Shown here: positions 57,501 through 64,000 of the stretch, in pieces
Layout of the letters: each line of letters begins with the position of its first letter
Numbering within the stretch: the stretch's first letter is position 1
Origin: Balanoglossus misakiensis
Lineage: Eukaryota > Animalia > Hemichordata
Length of the DNA stretch: 64,000 nt
NCBI GenBank assembly: GCA_040954595.2
Contig: CM082591.2
Span: forward strand, 4,573,957 to 4,637,956
Direction of reading: 5' to 3'
Made by a program: the position numbers and the translations under genes
The notes under the pieces: model-generated
The model's database searches: none
The model's input: only the letters and a program-made list of their open reading frames with translations
Told to the model about the DNA's origin: nothing

Positions 57501-58173
57501 TACAAAACAGCATTCTTACGGTGCAAATAAATAAATCGGTCAGATGTGCATAGTTATGAACAAAGCCCCGCTAATGAGCAAATTAAAATTCCTCCTCCCA
57601 GACAAAATCATGACACCCCCAAGCGTTTAACACGGGCGTGCATGTGTTCAATTGAACAGCCGTATACATGTGCAGGGAAGGTACTTCGAGGTAAATATTT
57701 AACGTTGGCGATCATTATGGAATGGCGGCGAAACATACCTCGTTTTAATTAAAAGTCGCTAATCGTTAAAGTCGGTATGCTGCGAATGCTGGTCTGGCTG
57801 AGTTCTGCACACAATGCCACCACACCAGTGGTGCAGATAAGAGCTGGTAGCCCGTTAAACAGACACCCATTTTTAACAGAGCTTTTTCGTTGAGTATATT
57901 CGCCAATTTGTCGGGTATTTTCAACTTTACGGAAGGTACAACCAGCCATTCTCTGTCTAGTGTCCCCCGTGCGTCGAACTTCTTCCAAAGTTACGCAAAT
58001 TCTGGCAAAAAAAGCTGGTACCAGATGGGAAAAGCCGCAAATGAAATTCGTTCTCCTACGCAGTTAGAGGACCGTCTTTTGGTATGGCGAAAGTCTGGTT
58101 GTGGCTTTGCAGCCTACTGAAAGCCGAACACTCTCAACCATACTCGTAGGGCTAGTGTTTTGTAGAAAGGTAC

Positions 58174-58262
58174 ATAGCCTGGTCTTTTAGCCTGTGTTTT
58201 AGATAGTAGACTGTGTGTGAGTCTATCAGTCTAAATCACACTGGGAACGGAGACCAGGCTAT
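58174..58262. mobile_element. 89-bp hairpin MITE-like element with 12-bp terminal inverted repeats
   Basis: ATAGCCTGGTCT ... AGACCAGGCTAT (perfect IR, TA-bounded) plus an internal imperfect stem (tagatagtagact / agtctatcagtcta). Confidence 0.6.
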
Positions 58263-59414
58263 AAGTTGGACGGCTAGAGTGACTTATGGCGCAGTCATCA
58301 CAGTCTCTGTGCTTAATGTGGAACCGTGGATACATAACTATGCCGCGCCACCCTTGAATGGGGACAATTCATTCTCCTTTTGAGGGTAAGCGTATAGTAT
58401 AGATGTATAGCTTGCTCGACCTTGGGGTCACTCGAATATTATACCCCGCTAAGCACTGAACGGCTAAACGTGCTATTGACTCCAAACACGGCGGCATTGT
58501 CGGCTTGTTTTTGAAGAGGAGCGTGTGACGCGTGTAAACCCGCGGAGTTCTTTTGACAAATTGCTGGAACTTATATGCGACAGATCGACATTCCGGTCTG
58601 GAGATGTCCTGGGCGGGTGAGAGGACCTCGGACCCCGGCCCGCTACAGACAAAACATCGTGCGATATACCTGCCCCACAATAATACATAATGTGTATGTC
58701 GCGTTGATCCGCCATAAGCATTTTTTCTCTGTTCTGTGTGTGGACTTTGACCCATGGCAGTTCAGTTCCTGGTTGAAACTGCCGTTTTCCCAGTGTACGC
58801 CTACCAACTTACCCGGTTCGCCCACTGAAACATTGAGATCACAAGACCCTAACTTTTTTTGGGAACCATGACAACTGACCTGCAACTGCGTTGCTCCCCG
58901 ACAACCGGCCGCGTAATTAGTACTGGGGCGAGGCTGGAGTGCGGACTGACTTTCCGAGATCAGAAAAATATCTGTTTTGTATCCCATACGTCTGTCCGCC
59001 TGTGTAGAGGTGTGTGTTTCTACCGGTGCCTTATCGCCTTAATCTACGCATGCGCGTCAATTCCATGAAGCCCAGACACTCGAAAACGTCAGCCTGGGAC
59101 AAGCCTAACACGTTGAGTGTATGTCGAATTTCTGTCTCGAACCCACACTAAGCATATATCAAGCCTGCAGCTAGCTTTATGTAGATCTACAGATTTAAAG
59201 TCAAGTTCTTTTGAGGCATTTGGGACTTCTTTTCCAATAAGTGCTTTCTTCATAATGTGAGTGTTGTGTAGGTTGAAGAATGATATAAAAAGCAGTGATG
59301 GTTAATCAAGATATTTGAACGGCACCGAAATCATCCGAGACAATTTAGGCAATAGTGACTTCATTTGTTACTCGCTCGGGAACAAAAAGTCTACATTTCT
59401 TTCTACACATTTCT

Positions 59415-59518
59415 TGTGCCAAAGTGAAAGATAGAGTGAAAACGAAAGAATCAGACAAATCGGCCATGTGCCAAAGTGAAAGATAGAGTGAAAACGAAAG
59501 AATCAGACAAATCGACCA
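59415..59518 (+). repeat. 2 x 52-bp tandem repeat carrying IRF/ISRE-like motifs
   Basis: tgtgccaaagtgaaagatagagtgaaaacgaaagaatcagacaaatcg(g/a)cca twice; single copy at ~62696-62745 in the paralog. Confidence 0.92.
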
Positions 59519-59594
59519 TGGCGTCCGATTCGTAGAAAACGGTCCCGCGTTTTCGCCGAATTTGCTACACTCCAACCTTTGGCAGCGCTTCAAA

Positions 59595-61784
59595 ATGGCA
59601 GCCAAAGAGTCGTCGGCGTTCCCGAGCGAAATTGACCCGAATTTCCTTATCTGCGGCATCTGTTCAGAGCGATACAAGAACGCCAAGATTCTACAGTGTC
59701 TGCACAACTTCTGCGAGCCGTGTCTAGACGAGCTGGTCAAGAGGAACGGCGATTTGAAATGCCCCACCTGCCGTCGTTGCCATGACCTCCCCGAAGGCGG
59801 TGTGTCGGCCATACTTTCGAATGCGTTCGCCAACCAGTTAGTTGAAGCATTCCGGAAGCATGGCGGCAGTCCGGGTGGCGTTAGTAAGTGCCAAGGATGT
59901 CGCAGAGGTGAAAGCGTGTTGTTCTGTACAGAATGTGATGTGCACATGTGTGAGATTTGCGCGTCTTCGCATGGACTGTTTCCGGCTACAAAGTCCCACC
60001 GGACATTGACCCTGGAAGAGTACCAGACTGCCAAGTCAAGCGACCCAGTCTCCATACAACCACCCGTTTACTGCACCGCTCACCCGGACTGCAAGCTGGA
60101 ATTCTACTGCGACACTTGTGAAGGCGCAATCTGCATGAAATGCACGGTTCTTGACCACCCCCGACCTGAGCATGCGTACAGGGATCTGAAGGCGGCCTCT
60201 GCAGACTACAAGACGAAGTTGGCCGAACGAATCGCTAATATGAAAGCGAAAGAAGACGAGGCAGACGAAAGTAGAGCAACTGTTGAAGAGGTCACCAAAT
60301 CTCTCGAATCAAACTTCAAAGAGGGAGAGAATAGCATCAAGCAGCACGGCGAGAAGACAAAAAGAGAAATTTGTCAACTAATCGACGACAGCGAGAAGGT
60401 ATTACTAGAGAAATTGGCGGGAGAGTACGACAGACGAAAAGTGTCCTTGAATGCCCAGGTTAAAGAACTGGAGAACACGAAAAGCGATCTGCGACATACA
60501 ATCGAGTACGCAGAGAATCTGACACAGTATGGAAACGACGCCCTCTTGATGATGGCCAAGAAGGGTGTGGAATCCCAGATTAAAGAGCTGATCAAGATTG
60601 AAACGAAAGTAAATCCAAACGAAAGTGGTTTTATGATGTTTCAGCCCGAAGATGGCTGCCGTTTTGATAGTTTTCTCGGAACATTAATGACGGCGGAAAT
60701 CGAAATCAGTGAAGCGCCAACTGAGGTCCAAATTGGAGAGGAAATTCGAGTTATCATACATGGCGCATGCGTGCCTTCATGCGATAATATCGAAGCGGTG
60801 GTCAGAAGACCAGACGGTAAGAATGACAAAATAGAAATACGCGATAACAAAGATGGAACATATATCCTACACTGTCGTGCAACAATGGTCGGTGAACACC
60901 ACATCTCCGCGTCGGCACATGCGGTTGCCGAATGTCTGACCAAAGTGAATGTGATCCCTCACAAAGACTATCGGCTGATAAACACCTTTGGAAGTGAGGG
61001 GTCAGGCACGGGTCAACTGTCAAACCCCTATGGCGTGACTTTCACTCACGGCGGGAAAGTTCTTGTTTGTGATAATGGAAATTCAAGATTGCAAATGTTT
61101 CGTTCTCTCGGCCAATCAGAGCGTGTGTTTGACTCGACCAATATGGTGTCGTCATTCCATCCATTATACGCAGCCGTTACTCCAAATGGCCACATTCACA
61201 TCACAGACATTGGTAACAAACAGGTTATAGTTTGTGATGAGAATATGAAGGTGATAGGGATCTATGGAAAGGGAACCTTTCTGCTTCCTATCGGCATTGC
61301 TATTAGTTCCAACAAACTTCGATACGTTGCTGACCATTCTGGCAACTGTGTCCATGTATACGATGAAGATGACACGTTCGTCAAGAAATTTGGCAGTTCT
61401 GGGACTGGTCCGGGTCAATTTTCTTACCCCTTTTGTGTCGACGTAAGCAAGACTGGCACTGTGTACGTATCCGATAATTCTAACCACCGGGTCCAAATGT
61501 TCGACGAAGATGGCAACTATTTGGATGAGTTCGGAGGACCAGGGAGCGGGGAGGGACAGCTCAGCTGGCCGTCAGGTCTTGCCACGGATCAAGCAGGATT
61601 CGTCTACGTGTGCGACAGCAACAACAGCCGCGTTGTGAAGTACACGTCCGCTGGAAAGTTTGTCTGTAGCATCAAAGAGGGCCTCACTGGCCAGCCTCGC
61701 GGAGTGAGTGTCAGCGAAGATGTGCCGGCTAGAGTTGCGGTCGCTGACAATTCAAATAGTTGCGTGAACATATATTCCCAATGA
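59595..61784 (+). CDS. Intronless TRIM-NHL E3 ligase, 729 aa; TRIM-B
   Basis: Same architecture as TRIM-A (RING CGIC..CLHNFCEPC..CPTC, two B-boxes, coiled coil, filamin, NHL); caaaATGG start context. Confidence 0.93.
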   Translation: MAAKESSAFPSEIDPNFLICGICSERYKNAKILQCLHNFCEPCLDELVKRNGDLKCPTCRRCHDLPEGGVSAILSNAFANQLVEAFRKHGGSPGGVSKCQGCRRGESVLFCTECDVHMCEICASSHGLFPATKSHRTLTLEEYQTAKSSDPVSIQPPVYCTAHPDCKLEFYCDTCEGAICMKCTVLDHPRPEHAYRDLKAASADYKTKLAERIANMKAKEDEADESRATVEEVTKSLESNFKEGENSIKQHGEKTKREICQLIDDSEKVLLEKLAGEYDRRKVSLNAQVKELENTKSDLRHTIEYAENLTQYGNDALLMMAKKGVESQIKELIKIETKVNPNESGFMMFQPEDGCRFDSFLGTLMTAEIEISEAPTEVQIGEEIRVIIHGACVPSCDNIEAVVRRPDGKNDKIEIRDNKDGTYILHCRATMVGEHHISASAHAVAECLTKVNVIPHKDYRLINTFGSEGSGTGQLSNPYGVTFTHGGKVLVCDNGNSRLQMFRSLGQSERVFDSTNMVSSFHPLYAAVTPNGHIHITDIGNKQVIVCDENMKVIGIYGKGTFLLPIGIAISSNKLRYVADHSGNCVHVYDEDDTFVKKFGSSGTGPGQFSYPFCVDVSKTGTVYVSDNSNHRVQMFDEDGNYLDEFGGPGSGEGQLSWPSGLATDQAGFVYVCDSNNSRVVKYTSAGKFVCSIKEGLTGQPRGVSVSEDVPARVAVADNSNSCVNIYSQ

Positions 61785-62821
61785 AAGTCACATCACGGGA
61801 AATGTTGATCGACGCAATAAGACAAAACTGAAGCAAAGACACTCCCAGAATACGGACACATAGTGAAACAGGATTTCCGTTTCTGTGAAGTGAAACTATA
61901 GATTGCCTGACAATGTCATTTCGGACATAATCGGATGTTTATTGTCAGTATATACAGAAAACATAAAAACCTCTTTCAAATGAAACAATCTTCAACAAAT
62001 ACTAACCAAAATCTGTATGTGTTTGATAGGTTAGATGTTTGCCAGGGAATTTGATTGCCACGAATTTTGTATTGTGTACACAGGTGTCACGTGTCCAGAC
62101 TTTGCAAATCCGTTCAAATCCTGAAGCTTCAAGTTGGATTAAGCAAATTTATTGCAATTTGAACCATTTTCTGAAATTGAGCATTTTGGATATAGTTTTC
62201 TTTATGGCGTCGTAACGATAAATCAATTAGCTTTTATCATAGCAACCGACAAACTGTTTACCCCAATTACAAAAATTAGAGATATTTTGATTTCAAACTT
62301 TGTTATAATAGTATAGTTGATACAGAATCAAGTACACGCCAAGAATGACTGACAAGACAGACAGACAGAAAGAAGTGTAATATGAGCTCATGTGTGTAGG
62401 CCCTAGATAAGACGTTGAGTGTATGTCGAATTTCTGTTCGTTTCGAACACCCACACTATGCATATATCAAGCCTGCAGCTAGCTTTATGTAGATCTACAG
62501 ATTTAAAGTCAAGTTCTTTCCAGGCCTTTGGGACTTCTTTTCCAATAAATGCTTTCTTCATAATGTGTGTGTTGTGTTGAAGAATGATATAAAAAGCAGT
62601 GATGGTTAATCAAGATATTTGAACGAGACAGAAATCGTCCCAGACAATTTAGGTAATAGTGACTTCAATTGTTACTCGCTCGGGAACAAAAAGTCTGCCA
62701 AAGTGAAAGATAGAGTGAAAACGAAAGAATCACACAAATCGGCCATGGCGTCCGATTCGTAGAAAACGGTCACGCGATTTCGCCGAATTTGCTACACTCC
62801 AACCTTTGGCAGCGCTTCAAA

Positions 62822-64000
62822 ATGGCAGCCAAAGAGTCGTCGGCGTTCCCGAGCGACATTGACCCGAATTTCCTTATCTGCGGCATCTGTTCAGAGCGAT
62901 ACAAGAACGCCAAGATTCTGCAGTGTCTGCACAACTTCTGCGAGCCGTGTCTAGACGAGCTGGTCAAGAGGAACGGCGATTTGAAATGCCCCACCTGCCG
63001 TCGTTGCCATGACCTCCCCGAAGGCGGTGTGTCGGCCATACCTTCGAATGTGTTCGCCAACCAGTTAGTTGAGGCCTTCCGGAAGCATGGCGGCAGTCCG
63101 GGTGGCGTCAGTAAGTGCCAATGTTGCAATAAAGGTAAAAGTGTGCTTTTCTGTGCTGAGTGTAACGTGTACATGTGCGAGAGTTGCTCATCGGCCCATA
63201 AATTGTTTCCGGCTACAAAGTCGCACCGGACATTGACCCTGGAAGAGTACCAGGCTGCCAAGTCAAGCGACCCTGTCTCCATACAACCACCCGTTTACTG
63301 CACCGCTCACCCGGACTGCAAGCTGGAATTCTACTGCGACACTTGTGAAGCCGCAATCTGCCTGAAATGCGCAGTTCTTGATCACCCACGACCTGAGCAT
63401 GCGTACAGGGATCTGAAGGAGGCCTCTGCAGACTACAAGACGAAGTTGGCCGAACGAATCGCTAATATGAAAGTAAAAGAAGACGAGGCAGACGGAAGCA
63501 AAGCAACAGTTGAAGAGGTCACAAAATCTCTCGAAACAAACTTCAGAGAGGGAGAGAATAGCATCAAGCATCACGCTGAGAAGACAAAAGAGGAAATTTG
63601 TCAACTAATCGACGACAGCGAGAAGGTATTACTAGAGAAATTGGCGGGAGAGTACGACAGACGAAAAGTGTCCTTGAATGCCCAGGTTAAAGAACTGGAG
63701 AACACGAAAAGCGATCTGCGACATACAATCGAGTACGCAGAGAATCTGACACAGTATGGAAACGACGCCCTCTTGATGATGGCCAAGAAGGGTGTGGAAT
63801 CCCAGATTAAAGAGCTGATCAAGATTGAAACGAAAGTAAAACCTAACGAAAGTGGTTTTATGAAGTTTCAGCCCGAAGATGGCTGCCGTTTTGATAGTTT
63901 TCTCGGAACTTTAATGATGGCGGATATCGAAATCATTGAAGCGCCAACTGAGGTCCAAATTGGAGGGGAAATTCGAGTTACCATTAATAGCGCACGCGTG
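62822..64000 (+). CDS. TRIM-NHL E3 ligase, tandem duplicate of TRIM-B, 3'-truncated by the window end; TRIM-C
   Basis: Hand translation is open for 393 codons (MAAKESSAFPSDIDPNF...EIRVTINSARV). Absent from the ORF track because there is no stop in the window. Confidence 0.92.
   Translation, partial: MAAKESSAFPSDIDPNFLICGICSERYKNAKILQCLHNFCEPCLDELVKRNGDLKCPTCRRCHDLPEGGVSAIPSNVFANQLVEAFRKHGGSPGGVSKCQCCNKGKSVLFCAECNVYMCESCSSAHKLFPATKSHRTLTLEEYQAAKSSDPVSIQPPVYCTAHPDCKLEFYCDTCEAAICLKCAVLDHPRPEHAYRDLKEASADYKTKLAERIANMKVKEDEADGSKATVEEVTKSLETNFREGENSIKHHAEKTKEEICQLIDDSEKVLLEKLAGEYDRRKVSLNAQVKELENTKSDLRHTIEYAENLTQYGNDALLMMAKKGVESQIKELIKIETKVKPNESGFMKFQPEDGCRFDSFLGTLMMADIEIIEAPTEVQIGGEIRVTINSARV

Larger units (their letters stand above)
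59110..64000 (+). repeat. Tandem segmental duplication, unit ~3.3 kb (upstream region plus TRIM gene)
   Basis: acgttgagtgtatgtcgaatttctgt begins both units (59110, 62412); homology continues through upstream DNA and CDS. Confidence 0.93.

Noticed and set aside
59345-60055. 236-aa and 170-aa (62770-63282) minus-strand ORFs conserved between duplicates
   Set aside because: Antisense to the TRIM CDSs; similarity simply reflects the duplication.

Overview
Eukaryotic (animal) genomic DNA, AT-rich and spliced with GT-AG introns. Gene content and style suggest an invertebrate deuterostome, but the taxon is inferred only. Positions 1-~46 kb hold a 5'-truncated liprin-alpha (PPFIA/SYD-2) gene on the + strand. 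I could splice 21 coding exons by hand into one open frame (10812-42295, 3732 nt, 1243 aa): coiled coils, three SAM domains and the C-terminal PDZ ligand VRTYSC. The first coding exon lies upstream of the window. Downstream is a cluster of genes with intronless CDSs: a RING-Bbox1-Bbox2-CC-Filamin-NHL TRIM gene (46685-48907 +), a GC-rich ~22-24-ankyrin-repeat gene ending in a CaaX box (52006-54525 -), and two recently duplicated tandem TRIM-NHL genes (59595-61784 +; 62822->64000 +, runs off the end). Most notable signals: (1) the tandem TRIM copies are near-identical except for a sharply bounded, highly divergent B-box1 patch; (2) ISRE/IRF-like motifs lie in front of both and are doubled in one copy; (3) seven perfect CArG boxes cluster at 44.4-45.6 kb; (4) liprin introns hold candidate cassette/micro-exons and a candidate recursive splice site. 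No rRNA, tRNA or CRISPR array was seen. All counts are by hand, and no database searches were run.
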